Source of the DNA: an uncultured Pseudobdellovibrionaceae bacterium
Lineage (GTDB): Bacteria > Bdellovibrionota > Bdellovibrionia > Bdellovibrionales > UBA1609
Assembly: GCA_963803705.1 (NCBI GenBank)
Contig: CAWDNU010000004.1
Span: 512,001-576,000, forward strand
DNA: 64,000 nt
Reading direction: 5' to 3'
Under the pieces are notes generated by a model. It searched no databases. It was given only the letters and a program-made list of their open reading frames with translations, and was not told where the DNA came from. Position 1 is the first letter of the stretch. Each line of letters starts with the position of its first letter. Made by a program: the position numbers and the translations under genes. This document shows positions 11,121 to 20,692 of this stretch, piece by piece.

Positions 11121-11743
11121 CAAAACCTTCTTATGTAACAGCCCATACAAAAGCCATTTTTAACTTTTACGTCTTTTCCATTCGAACTTTCATTCATTGC
11201 TGTTTCAAGGTACTTTTTTGAATTAGAGCTATAGATTTTGCTATCCGTTAGTCCACCTTGGTAAATTACCGCTGGTTGATTGGCTATTTCTTGTTTTACC
11301 AAAACCACATGAGGGGTCTTTAGCGCCTTATATTTTTTAACCAATAGCTGATCTGTATCTTCAATAATAGGAAATCCAAAATCAGTTTTTAGAAAGTACT
11401 GATTTTTTTGATCCTTTTGTTTTTTGTTTTTTGCAGGCTCACTAATAACTCCATAAACCTTAAGATCGGGGTAAGCATTCATTAAGTTTTTTATGTGTCG
11501 GATATGACTTCTAGAGCAAGGACATTTTTCTGATAAGAAAACCAACAGCTTATACCTTGAATCTTCAGACTCAAAGCTATCCGGCGCTAAATAACCATTC
11601 GTGGGTGGTATCGAATGAAAACTGGGATTAGGGTCGGGATGAGAGGTCTGTAAAGACGACTTAGGGTTCGCAAAACTAAGGTTTTGTATAAATAATATAG
11701 TGGCTAAACGCAAAAAAAATAAATAATATCGGCAGAGTTTCAC
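11120..11743 (-). CDS. Secreted redoxin (thioredoxin-fold, AhpC/TSA-like)
   Basis: FLSEKCPCS, KTPHVVL, YQGGLTD and the C-terminal GCYIRR typical of this family. Confidence 0.8.
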   Translation of the reverse strand: MKLCRYYLFFLRLATILFIQNLSFANPKSSLQTSHPDPNPSFHSIPPTNGYLAPDSFESEDSRYKLLVFLSEKCPCSRSHIRHIKNLMNAYPDLKVYGVISEPAKNKKQKDQKNQYFLKTDFGFPIIEDTDQLLVKKYKALKTPHVVLVKQEIANQPAVIYQGGLTDSKIYSSNSKKYLETAMNESSNGKDVKVKNGFCMGCYIRRF

Positions 11744-11810
11744 TGAATACCTCTTAAAAAATTTTAGTTTTTATTTAAATATGACAGTTGAATTACAGGA
11801 AAGTAGCCAT

Positions 11811-11850
11811 TAAATAAATAATTAATTAATTAATTAATTAATCAATCAAT
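11811..11850. repeat. Tetranucleotide microsatellite (TAAA)2(TAAT)6(CAAT)2
   Basis: Read directly from the sequence; lies between the RGPP ORF and the redoxin gene. Confidence 0.85.
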
Positions 11851-11890
11851 CTACTTTATCATGTAACCAAACTTTTAATTTTATAAAAAA

Positions 11891-12352
11891 TTAAGAGTAT
11901 AGCGGTGGGCCTCTAAAAGGTGCGCTTAAAAATATAATAGAAGTAAATTTTTGGCGAATTGTATCACAATCAAAAAATGAAAAATCAAGATCTGAATAAA
12001 GCAAACCAAAGTTAAGCTGACCAAACTTACCAAATTTTCTTGTATAAAAGCTTAATGCGGAATCCGTTTCTAAATCAGACTTTGAATTTAAAGTTAATCC
12101 TGAACTTGAACCACATACAGCTGCAGGTAAGACCCGGTGAGCACAGCTCCAAGGTTTGTCTTTCGAGGACCTTTTCTCCCAGTTGACCACTACTTCGCAA
12201 ACTTGATTGCCGTAAGATTCGATTTTTGCATAATTCACCGAAGTCATTTCTGATGGCAGTAGCCAAAGAACCAAGTTCAAAAGCAGCAGAACAGCAAATG
12301 ATTTGTTCAGTACACTGAATTGATAAAATTGATTTAACACTTTAAAACCCAC
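11891..12352 (-). CDS. Putative leader/arrest-peptide ORF (N-terminal hydrophobic segment, C-terminal RGPP)
   Basis: Ends FLSAPFRGPPLYS*; has 4 Cys; first ORF of the putative metal operon. Confidence 0.55.
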   Translation of the reverse strand: MGFKVLNQFYQFSVLNKSFAVLLLLNLVLWLLPSEMTSVNYAKIESYGNQVCEVVVNWEKRSSKDKPWSCAHRVLPAAVCGSSSGLTLNSKSDLETDSALSFYTRKFGKFGQLNFGLLYSDLDFSFFDCDTIRQKFTSIIFLSAPFRGPPLYS

Positions 12353-12441
12353 TGCTATCAGCTAACATAAGGGTTTTTTAAGATCAATAACTATGTAAGT
12401 ATTGTATGCTAGAGTAACAAATCTAGAACAAGGTGTTTTAA

Positions 12442-14331
12442 ATGATTAAAAACAAAAAAGAGCTTGAAACAGCAACAGATCAATCCTTGAACTTTGCTGC
12501 AACTTACTGGAAAGATATCGCGTCTAATTATCAGTGGCACAAGTTTCCAACAATCATTCATTCTGGCAACTTTCAAGACATGCAGGTAAAGTGGTTTCAA
12601 GATGGAGTGTTAAACATTACTGAAAACACCTTAGACCGGCACCTTAAAACCCAGCCAGATAAGGTTGCCATCTTGTTTGAGCCTAACGACCCAAATGCTA
12701 ATTCCGTACAGCTCACATACAAAGAACTTTACGCTAAAGTTTGTCAAACTTCAGAACTTTTAAAGAAAAGAAATATCAAGAAAGGCGACGTTGTTTGTAT
12801 TTACATGTCTATGATTCCTGAACTTTTAATCAGTGCCCTAGCTTGCGCACGGATAGGGGCGATACATTCGGTGGTTTTCGGCGGATTTTCAGCTAAAGCA
12901 CTGTCTGACCGAATTGAAGATTGCAAAGCAAAATTAGTGATCACCAACGACTCGGGCTTCCGAGGAGACAAAGACCTTCCAATAAAGATCGTTGTCGACG
13001 AGGCTTTAAAAAAAATAGACCTTGATTATAAAATTCAAGTAATGGTCTGGAGATACTCTTCAAAGACAGTTCCCATAACTGCCGGTCGTGATTTTTTTGT
13101 TGAAGACCTTATCAATTTAGAAACCACTGATTTTCAAGCAGAACCCATGAATGCTGAAGACCCATTATTTATTCTTTATACCTCTGGATCTACAGGCAAA
13201 CCAAAGGGTCTACTTCATACCACCGGGGGCTACATGGTTTGGGCCAGCGAGACTTTTAAGAATGTCTTTCAAATGAGCGATGCAAACGACGTCTACTGGT
13301 GCACAGCCGACATTGGTTGGATCACTGGGCACTCTTACATTGCTTATGGACCCTTGGCGAACGGTGTAACCCAGGTGATGTTTGAAGGCATACCAACTTG
13401 GCCTACACCTGCAAGATTTTGGAACTTAATTGAAAAATATAAAGTTAGTCATTTCTATACCGCACCCACTGCAATTCGAGCCTTGCAAGCTTGTGACATA
13501 AAATTTGTTAAGCAAAGCGATCTTTCCTCACTTAAAGTTTTAGGAACAGTCGGTGAGCCGATAAATGAAGAGGCTTGGCGATGGTATAAAAAAGAAATTG
13601 GAAATGATAAATGCCCAGTGGTGGACACTTGGTGGCAGACTGAAACCGGTGGAATTATGATCTCTAACTTTGCCGGCATTACTCCTGAGCGTCCAGGATT
13701 TGCAACTTTACCTTTGCCTGGTGTAAACGCGGTCTTATTAGATGAAAATTCTAAAGAGTTATCTGGCGAATCAGAAGGGCATCTATGTATAAAAAGCCCG
13801 TGGCCAGGTATTGCTCGTTCAATCTTTGGTGATCATGACAGATTTGTTCAAACTTACTTCTCAACTCATAAAGGGTTTTATTTCACAGGTGACGGAGCAA
13901 AACGAACAGAAAACGGAGACTTCAAAATAATTGGACGAGTAGATGATGTAGTCAATGTTTCAGGACATCGTATTGGTACTGCAGAAGTAGAAGACATCAT
14001 AGATACCCACCCTTTAGTTAAAGAAGCGGCAGTCGTAGGAGCACACCACGATATAAAAGGTCAGTGTCTTATGGCCTTTGTTATCACTGATAAAAAACAA
14101 TCTAACGAAATGCTACTGAAAGAAATTAACACTAGCCTTACTGAAGAAATGGGAAAAATCTGTAAAATAGAGCGAGTGATTCAAATATCAGGTCTGCCAA
14201 AAACAAGATCTGGAAAAATTATGCGACGTATATTAAGAAAGATCGCCGACGGAGAGACCAAATTTGGTGACACATCTACGCTTCTAAATCCAGAAGTTGT
14301 CGACCAGATAATAGCAGAGTTCAAAGAATAG
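12442..14331 (+). CDS. acs: Acetyl-CoA synthetase (acetate-CoA ligase)
   Basis: YTSGSTGKPKG, DTWWQTETGG and LPKTRSGKIMRRILRKI. Confidence 0.96.
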   Translation: MIKNKKELETATDQSLNFAATYWKDIASNYQWHKFPTIIHSGNFQDMQVKWFQDGVLNITENTLDRHLKTQPDKVAILFEPNDPNANSVQLTYKELYAKVCQTSELLKKRNIKKGDVVCIYMSMIPELLISALACARIGAIHSVVFGGFSAKALSDRIEDCKAKLVITNDSGFRGDKDLPIKIVVDEALKKIDLDYKIQVMVWRYSSKTVPITAGRDFFVEDLINLETTDFQAEPMNAEDPLFILYTSGSTGKPKGLLHTTGGYMVWASETFKNVFQMSDANDVYWCTADIGWITGHSYIAYGPLANGVTQVMFEGIPTWPTPARFWNLIEKYKVSHFYTAPTAIRALQACDIKFVKQSDLSSLKVLGTVGEPINEEAWRWYKKEIGNDKCPVVDTWWQTETGGIMISNFAGITPERPGFATLPLPGVNAVLLDENSKELSGESEGHLCIKSPWPGIARSIFGDHDRFVQTYFSTHKGFYFTGDGAKRTENGDFKIIGRVDDVVNVSGHRIGTAEVEDIIDTHPLVKEAAVVGAHHDIKGQCLMAFVITDKKQSNEMLLKEINTSLTEEMGKICKIERVIQISGLPKTRSGKIMRRILRKIADGETKFGDTSTLLNPEVVDQIIAEFKE

Positions 14332-14335
14332 ACTA

Positions 14336-14512
14336 TTATTTTTTGGAAGACTGCCTAAGAACACTTAGCATAATACCTAAGATGCCTATAGTGAAAAACA
14401 CGGCGTTGAAAGTGTCTTGATTGTTGATTTTGTAAAAAGAGTAGCCACCAGCCATGCAACACAAGGTTAAAGCTATAGTAATAAAAGTTTTTTTATAGTC
14501 GTACTTTTTCAA
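14336..14512 (-). CDS. Small two-TM membrane protein (58 aa)
   Basis: Manual translation MKKYDYKKTFITIALTLCCMAGGYSFYKINNQDTFNAVFFTIGILGIMLSVLRQSSKK*; TTG start preceded by GAGGA; below the ORF-track cutoff. Confidence 0.6.
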   Translation of the reverse strand: MKKYDYKKTFITIALTLCCMAGGYSFYKINNQDTFNAVFFTIGILGIMLSVLRQSSKK

Positions 14513-14838
14513 TTGTCCTCGATACAGTTCCTGTGTTTTCGAATATGGAATTCAAGTCCTAAGATTTTATTTTAGCATACATTCCGCCGTCAAAGACCCG
14601 ACCGTCTTTTTTGTAATAAGATTGAATTAGATTCATAGTATATATGCAGCACGCAGTAAGAGCTTTAAGCCAGGGGCCTAAACTTAAAAAATTATCCTGA
14701 GACCTTAGATCCAAGATATTCAGTCAGGACAAAGGATTTAAGAGCTCCTAGAATTTCAGTGAAAAGAATATAAAACTTGTTTTAAGCGTTGATCTTATGC
14801 CCAAAATTGATATTTATAGCTTAAAAAGGAGTCTTAAA

Positions 14839-15327
14839 ATGTATTTTAAACAAATTTTTTCGTTCACTAATTTTGTTCTATCTATTTTAACTCTACCTAT
14901 CTTAACTCTATCAAGCTTGACCACTTTCGCAAGCATTTCACCCAAGAGCCTTGATTCAATTAAAATTTCATTGGCAGATCAGAACTATTTTCCAGAAGGT
15001 GTTTCATCCGGATTAGTTGATGACCTCTATGTTGATACAATTGAAAGTAACATTTTAGAAACACCAAAGAACACCTTGGAAGTAGCTCATCACAGACATG
15101 GTTATCACAATCATCAACCTAGGCAATTTCACCGCCGACCAAGACCTTACAATTATAATTATCGTCACTATCAGGGGCGGGTTTGTATTGCTGTTGACCC
15201 TTGGGGTTACACATATTGGGGAAAAGCTCCGAATGACAGGTGGGCTGCAGACGCAGCCTTATGGGAATGTGGCACTCAATCTGGTTATCAATGCTATATT
15301 TCTTACTGCGAAAACTATTATAACTAA
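14839..15327 (+). CDS. Secreted protein with His/Arg/Tyr-rich linker and C-terminal 4-Cys domain (DUF4189-like)
   Basis: AAGGAG RBS before ATG 14839; signal peptide; CIAVD...AADAALWEC...CYISYC. Confidence 0.55.
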   Translation: MYFKQIFSFTNFVLSILTLPILTLSSLTTFASISPKSLDSIKISLADQNYFPEGVSSGLVDDLYVDTIESNILETPKNTLEVAHHRHGYHNHQPRQFHRRPRPYNYNYRHYQGRVCIAVDPWGYTYWGKAPNDRWAADAALWECGTQSGYQCYISYCENYYN

Positions 15328-15361
15328 AGTCTGTGCTTTATTTCAAGACTTACGGTTCACG

Positions 15362-16922
15362 TTAATGGGTTTTTAGATTAGAGGTTTCTAAACACCTTCT
15401 AATTGCAAATTGTTCCACCATAGATTTTATTTTCAGAATATCTTTTGAAAAGACCCGATCTTTTTCAGCAAAAGAAACTTCCTTTCGAACAAAGTCATAC
15501 ACTTTCTTCAAGTTGCCTTCGGGCTTCTCATCGCCCACTAAATCCAAACCTTGCAAAGCACACAAAAGTTCCATGGCAATAACATTTGTTGAATTCTCAA
15601 CAATCTTTCTAAGTTTTCGTGCAGCAATAGTTCCCATGCTCACATGATCTTCTTTATCCGCAGAGGTTGGGATACTATCCACACTGGCGGGATGAGACAA
15701 AATTTTATTTTCGCTAACTAAAGAAGCGCAAGCTACTTGCACAATCATCATTCCGCTATTTAATCCACCAGCAGGAGCTAAAAAAGCTGGTAGCCCACTC
15801 ATAGCCGGATTAATCAGTTTTTCAACACGACACTCTGACATACTAGTCATAGCACTGACAGCTATTGCCAAAAAATCCAGTTGGAAGGCAACCGGTTCAC
15901 CATGAAAATTTCCACAACTTAGAATTTTATCTTCTTCAGCAAAAACTAAAGGATTATCGGTGCTAGAGTTGGCCTCCGTTTCTAAAATTTCTACAGCTCG
16001 AACAAATGTGTCTTTAGCTGCTCCGTGCACTGCAGGTATGCAACGAAGCGAGTAAGCATCTTGCACACGGTTGCACATTTCATGACTTTGCGAGCAATTT
16101 TGGATGTCGTGCCTAAAATATTCTCTCATATTGGCGCAGTTATGGCTTCACCTGGGTGCTTGCGGGTGGCTGGGAATCAAAGGATCAAAAGCTTTTCTTG
16201 AACCCCGCAAGGCTTCAAGGGTTAAACTGCCTGCGATGTCAGCTGTTAAAAGTAAGTTTTCAATTTTTTTCAGTTCAAGTAGTCCAACAGCCGTCATCAC
16301 CTGGCAGCCATTGATAAGTGACAGGCCCTCTTTAGCTTGTAGAACTAAAGGCGAAATACCTGTTTCGTTTCAATGCGCTTTCAGCAGAATCACTGCTTCG
16401 GTGCCTTCACTATTCCAAACTTCACCCTCGCCCATCAAAGCCAAAGCCAAGTGGGATAAAGGAGCTAAGATCACCACTTGCACCAACGCTCCCCTGCTCT
16501 GGAATCACAGGTATCAAATCATTGTTTAAAAATTCAAGAATTTTTTCAATCACCTCTGTCCGAACTCCACTATGTCCACTAGACAAGGCATTAGCCCTTA
16601 AAAGCATGATTGCTCTGGACTGCACCTTGGTAAACGGTTTACCAACGCCACAACAGTGGGAACGTATTAAATTTTTTTGAAGCTCCACAAGTTGATCGTC
16701 AGAAATTTGCACATTAGAAAAGTGTCCGAAGCCGGTATTGACCCCGTACATGACGTCCCCCTTAGCCATTTTATCTTCTAAATAAGCTCTAGCTTTTAAA
16801 ACCTTAGCTTTGGCTGTATCAGCCAAAGCTACCTTTTTATTTTCAGTAGCCACTACCCATACTTTATCCAAATTTAAATTGTAGCCACTTATTTCCAATG
16901 AACTTTCTTTTTCCTTTAACAT
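15362..16922 (-). pseudogene. hutH: Histidine ammonia-lyase, disrupted by indels (real pseudogene or sequencing error)
   Basis: N-terminal part has YGVNTGFG and GSVGASGDL; C-terminal part has QDAYSLRC, STDNPLV, GNFHGEP and EDHVSMG. An extra base lies near 16466-16469 and an in-frame TGA at 16370-16372. Confidence 0.9.
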
Positions 16923-17006
16923 ATGGACCACCTAGAGCCGAATAATTTTAGAAAACTGACCTTTTTATCCCGTCAGCTATTTTAACAGCCAACTGAAAAA
17001 GCACTC

Positions 17007-17657
17007 TTATCTTGCATTTTTTAATGTATCTATTTGTGATTTATAATCACCGCTGAATATAAAACTTCCAGCAACTAGAACGTCCGCATCCCTACACTGT
17101 ATTACTGTTGTTTGATTTATGCCGCCGTCAACTTCGATCAAATAACTATAGCCATTTTCTTTTCGTAATTCTTTTAGTTCTGCAATCTTAAGTGTTTGAT
17201 CGACCATAAAACTTTGACCACCGAAACCAGGTTCCACCGTCATAACCAAAACAAGATCTACCATACTTAAAAATGGTCTAATGTTTTCAAGAGGGGTCTT
17301 TGGCTTAAGGGTGATACCACACTTTACACCTGATTTTTTAAGAGATTCGAAAATTTCTGAAGCCTTGTTCGTGGCTTCAACATGAATGGTAATAATATCA
17401 GCCCCCGCTTTGACAAAGTCATTCACCAAATTTTCCGGCTTTTCAATCATCAAATGAACATCTAAAGTTTTGTCTGTGACAGGTCTTATGGATTTGACCA
17501 CCGGTGCACCGATAGTTAAGTTCGGAACAAATCGCCCATCCATAACATCTATATGGATCCAATCGGCGCCAGCCTCGACCACATCACTTATTTCCTGGCC
17601 TAATTTAGAAAAGTCTGCAGAAAGTATACTTGGAGCAACTATAAATTTATTCATCAC
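17007..17657 (-). CDS. rpe: Ribulose-phosphate 3-epimerase
   Basis: APSILSADF, HIDVMDG, MTVEPGFGGQ and EVDGGI. Confidence 0.96.
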   Translation of the reverse strand: MMNKFIVAPSILSADFSKLGQEISDVVEAGADWIHIDVMDGRFVPNLTIGAPVVKSIRPVTDKTLDVHLMIEKPENLVNDFVKAGADIITIHVEATNKASEIFESLKKSGVKCGITLKPKTPLENIRPFLSMVDLVLVMTVEPGFGGQSFMVDQTLKIAELKELRKENGYSYLIEVDGGINQTTVIQCRDADVLVAGSFIFSGDYKSQIDTLKNAR

Positions 17658-17825
17658 CGTATTTATAGACGGGCTTTTGGCAACATGCCAGCATTCAGCG
17701 TGTTAAAGAATAATTTAAAAGTTCTTTGGCATTTCTAATTGCTCTTAATGGTTAGAAATGCTGCTTTATAACTTGCGTACTTTAGCTAGTTTTAAAAAAA
17801 GTTTTTATAGTTGGCAGAATTAATA

Positions 17826-18824
17826 TTATTTGCCTAAAATGTTGCCCTCTTTTAAACCACTGCCGTTAACATAACTACAAGCTAACATCTTAGGCTTAGA
17901 TTCAGGTTGGACCTGGTCGACAAACAGCACTGAAAATGAACTCTCGTCTTGCCCACAAAACACGTAAAATCCGTTTGAATTCGACACTAAAATTTCGCCA
18001 GGTTTTTTGGAATCAAAGATAAGAGCTAAATCCATTATCTGTTCAAAATTTTTCACTGACATAGGCTTAGCCTTAATCACTTTTAGGCGCTTATTTTTAA
18101 ATGAGGTAGAGCCGCCAGGTCCCAAAGCAAGTCCTCGGATGTGGTTCCAGATCTGCTGACTAGATTCAGACCATCTTATCCAAGTTTCATTCTTTTCAAT
18201 TTTTGCAGCATAGGTAACTAAAGATTCTTGCTGGGCCGCTGGTTGAATTTCACTTAGAAAATATTTCTTAACACTTTTAAGTGCCAATTTAGCACCTAAA
18301 AGTGACAAGCGGTCGTGAAGTTCAATAGAATTTTCATCGGGTGTAATTTCGGTTTTAGATTCTGAGATTACACAGCCTGCGTCTAATTTTTTAACCATCA
18401 CCTGTAGACTAACTCCAGTAACCCTATCCCCTTCCATGATCGCCCGCTGAATTGGGGCTGCTCCGCGCCACCTAGGTAAAAGTGATGCGTGAATATTTAT
18501 AAATTTTGATGGACATAAATTTAAAAGTTTTTGATTTAAAATTTGGCCAAAAGCAACAACCACAGCACCTTCTACGCCTAAGGATTCAAAAAAAGATATA
18601 AACTCTTCAGATTTACAATTTTCTGGAGTTATTACTTTCAAATTATTCATTTCAGCCCAAATTTTTACAGGCGAAGAGGTCAATTTTAGCTTTCGACCCG
18701 ATGGTCGATCCGGCTGAGAAACCACAAGTTTGATATCAAACTGATCGCTCTGGTGCAGGGCTTTAAGTGAGGGAACAGAAAAGTCCGGCGTGCCAAAAAA
18801 AACAATAGGGGTTTTTACTTTCAA
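17826..18824 (-). CDS. fmt: Methionyl-tRNA formyltransferase
   Basis: FFGTPDF and NIHASLLPRWRGAAPIQRAI; adjacent to def. Confidence 0.96.
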   Translation of the reverse strand: MKVKTPIVFFGTPDFSVPSLKALHQSDQFDIKLVVSQPDRPSGRKLKLTSSPVKIWAEMNNLKVITPENCKSEEFISFFESLGVEGAVVVAFGQILNQKLLNLCPSKFINIHASLLPRWRGAAPIQRAIMEGDRVTGVSLQVMVKKLDAGCVISESKTEITPDENSIELHDRLSLLGAKLALKSVKKYFLSEIQPAAQQESLVTYAAKIEKNETWIRWSESSQQIWNHIRGLALGPGGSTSFKNKRLKVIKAKPMSVKNFEQIMDLALIFDSKKPGEILVSNSNGFYVFCGQDESSFSVLFVDQVQPESKPKMLACSYVNGSGLKEGNILGK

Positions 18825-18860
18825 GTTGTTCCTGATGTTTGAAATGAATCTAATACAAAC

Positions 18861-19445
18861 TTATAAGCTATCTTCGCTCTCGTTTTCAGAAAGTTTATCT
18901 AAGCTAGGATAACCGTTTTTCTTAATTTTGTTTTTTAGACGATTAGCACGAATAACGCTAAGGCGATCAATAAAAAGTTTTCCCTCAAGATGATCCATTT
19001 CATGCTGAAGGCAAATGGACACTAATCCATCAGACTTAATCGTCAACTTTTGACCCTCTCTATCTAATCCTGTAATTTCGACGTAGTTAAATCTAGAGAC
19101 TGTTTCGAAATAGCCCGGCACGCTTAAGCATCCTTCATCAAAAGTTGTTTCACCTTCTGTAGTAATTACCTTAGGATTAAAAATAGCGATAGGCTGACTA
19201 ACTTCTTTTTCTAGATCAGTTAAGTCATCAGCACTGTAACGCCCGTTTTCTTTAGGCCGTGTATCCATCACCAACAAACTTACCTGTTGCCCTACTTGAG
19301 TAGCTGCCAAACCTATTCCATTACATTGGTACATAGTTTCCAGCATATTCGCGGCTAAAGCCTTTAATTCAGGGGTCACTTCGCTGACCTGCTTTGCCTT
19401 TTTCCTTAGCCTTGGGTCTGGGAATTTCAAAACATCTAAAATCAT
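18861..19445 (-). CDS. def: Peptide deformylase
   Basis: GIGLAATQVG, EGCLSVP and QHEMDHLEG. Confidence 0.97.
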   Translation of the reverse strand: MILDVLKFPDPRLRKKAKQVSEVTPELKALAANMLETMYQCNGIGLAATQVGQQVSLLVMDTRPKENGRYSADDLTDLEKEVSQPIAIFNPKVITTEGETTFDEGCLSVPGYFETVSRFNYVEITGLDREGQKLTIKSDGLVSICLQHEMDHLEGKLFIDRLSVIRANRLKNKIKKNGYPSLDKLSENESEDSL

Positions 19446-19496
19446 AATTAAACCTTATAATAATTAAACAACTTACGATACGATCAGATTCCTACA

Positions 19497-20570
19497 TTAG
19501 TTTAAAATCCTACGAATGGCAAAGGCTATACCTATAGAGGCTAATAGCGGAATTATCATTGCGGCAACCAAAGGGTTAATCACCCCTCCCTTACCGAAAG
19601 ACAACATAGAGTTGTATAGCATCCAGTATATAAACACTAACAATACCGCCGTAGCCCCAGATAAAAAAACATTACCTGACCTTCTATTTACAGAAATAGT
19701 GCACAGACCAAGCAAAGGTAATATTAAAACTGAAAGTGCAAAAGAATATTTGGAAAACAGAGTCACTTTCAACTGACTGGTATCTAAAGATATCTCTTCA
19801 TTTTTTTCAATTAAATTTAGTAGCTCTTTAGTGCTCAGAAAATCAGTGGCATTACCACTCATTTTCATACTCTCAAGTTCGGTTAATGCTGGGATATCTA
19901 GCTGGTCGTGAACAGTTACGCTGAAGGTCTCTTTAGCGGGGATTAGCTGGGAATCTTTAACTCCTTTCAACTTCCACATATTTTGACTAAAAACCAAATT
20001 TTTAGATTCAACCATACGAACCAAATTCCAATCTGACCCGAAGAAATAGATATGAGCACCTTCTACATTGTTTTTATCTAAAACATTTTCAAAATTGATG
20101 AGCGCGCTTTTTGTTCTATACCAGATATTCTTAGTTTTAGTCTTAGCATAACGGCCCGGGGATTTCTTCATCTCGATATAATAAATATAATTGCGTTTCT
20201 CCATGGCAAATGGAATAAGCACGTCACCAACCCAAACTAAGAAGAAAACCATAAGAATCAAGACAGTAAATACACTCCTAAGCAGCGAACTGATGCTGTA
20301 ACCCAAAGAGTGTAAAGCTACTAATTCGCTGGTCCTAACAAAACCTGAAACTAAAGAAACCACAGCTAAAAGTGCCGAGACAGGGATCATATTATAAGCA
20401 ACGAATGGCACGTAATAAACATAATACGACATCAATACGCTTGCGGAAGATCCAAACCGATTTAAGTTTGTCATTATGTCTACAGCTACAAATAAAACGA
20501 CTAATACCGCCAAAGATCCTATAAAATACAGGAGAAATCTAAGTAAAATAAAAACATCTAAGGTTCTCAA
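19497..20570 (-). CDS. lptG: LPS export permease, LptF/LptG family
   Basis: 3+3 TM layout with a periplasmic domain; SELVALHSLGYS motif. LptF versus LptG is not certain. Confidence 0.75.
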   Translation of the reverse strand: MRTLDVFILLRFLLYFIGSLAVLVVLFVAVDIMTNLNRFGSSASVLMSYYVYYVPFVAYNMIPVSALLAVVSLVSGFVRTSELVALHSLGYSISSLLRSVFTVLILMVFFLVWVGDVLIPFAMEKRNYIYYIEMKKSPGRYAKTKTKNIWYRTKSALINFENVLDKNNVEGAHIYFFGSDWNLVRMVESKNLVFSQNMWKLKGVKDSQLIPAKETFSVTVHDQLDIPALTELESMKMSGNATDFLSTKELLNLIEKNEEISLDTSQLKVTLFSKYSFALSVLILPLLGLCTISVNRRSGNVFLSGATAVLLVFIYWMLYNSMLSFGKGGVINPLVAAMIIPLLASIGIAFAIRRILN

Positions 20571-20692
20571 AGTTTGTCTAGTTTACGTGAAAGTGTTGAA
20601 AAGCACCAACATTATTCTTTTTAAAGAGTTGACGCCCCCTTTTTCGCAGGCCTAGCGCTTGACTCTTTGCGCGTCTGCTTTTCTACTTAGAT

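Noticed and set aside
14660..14748. Weak hairpin (GAGCTTTAAGCC...GGATTTAAGAGCTC, TCCTGA/TCAGGA)
   Set aside because: Pairing is short and interrupted; cannot be supported as an RNA element by eye.
16360..16475. Programmed frameshifting or selenocysteine readthrough in hutH
   Set aside because: No slippery sequence or SECIS-like hairpin was seen, and several independent indels would be needed.
17726..17743. TTGGCATTTCTAATTGCT as a sigma54 promoter
   Set aside because: Spacing is GG-N11-GC and it points against the local genes.
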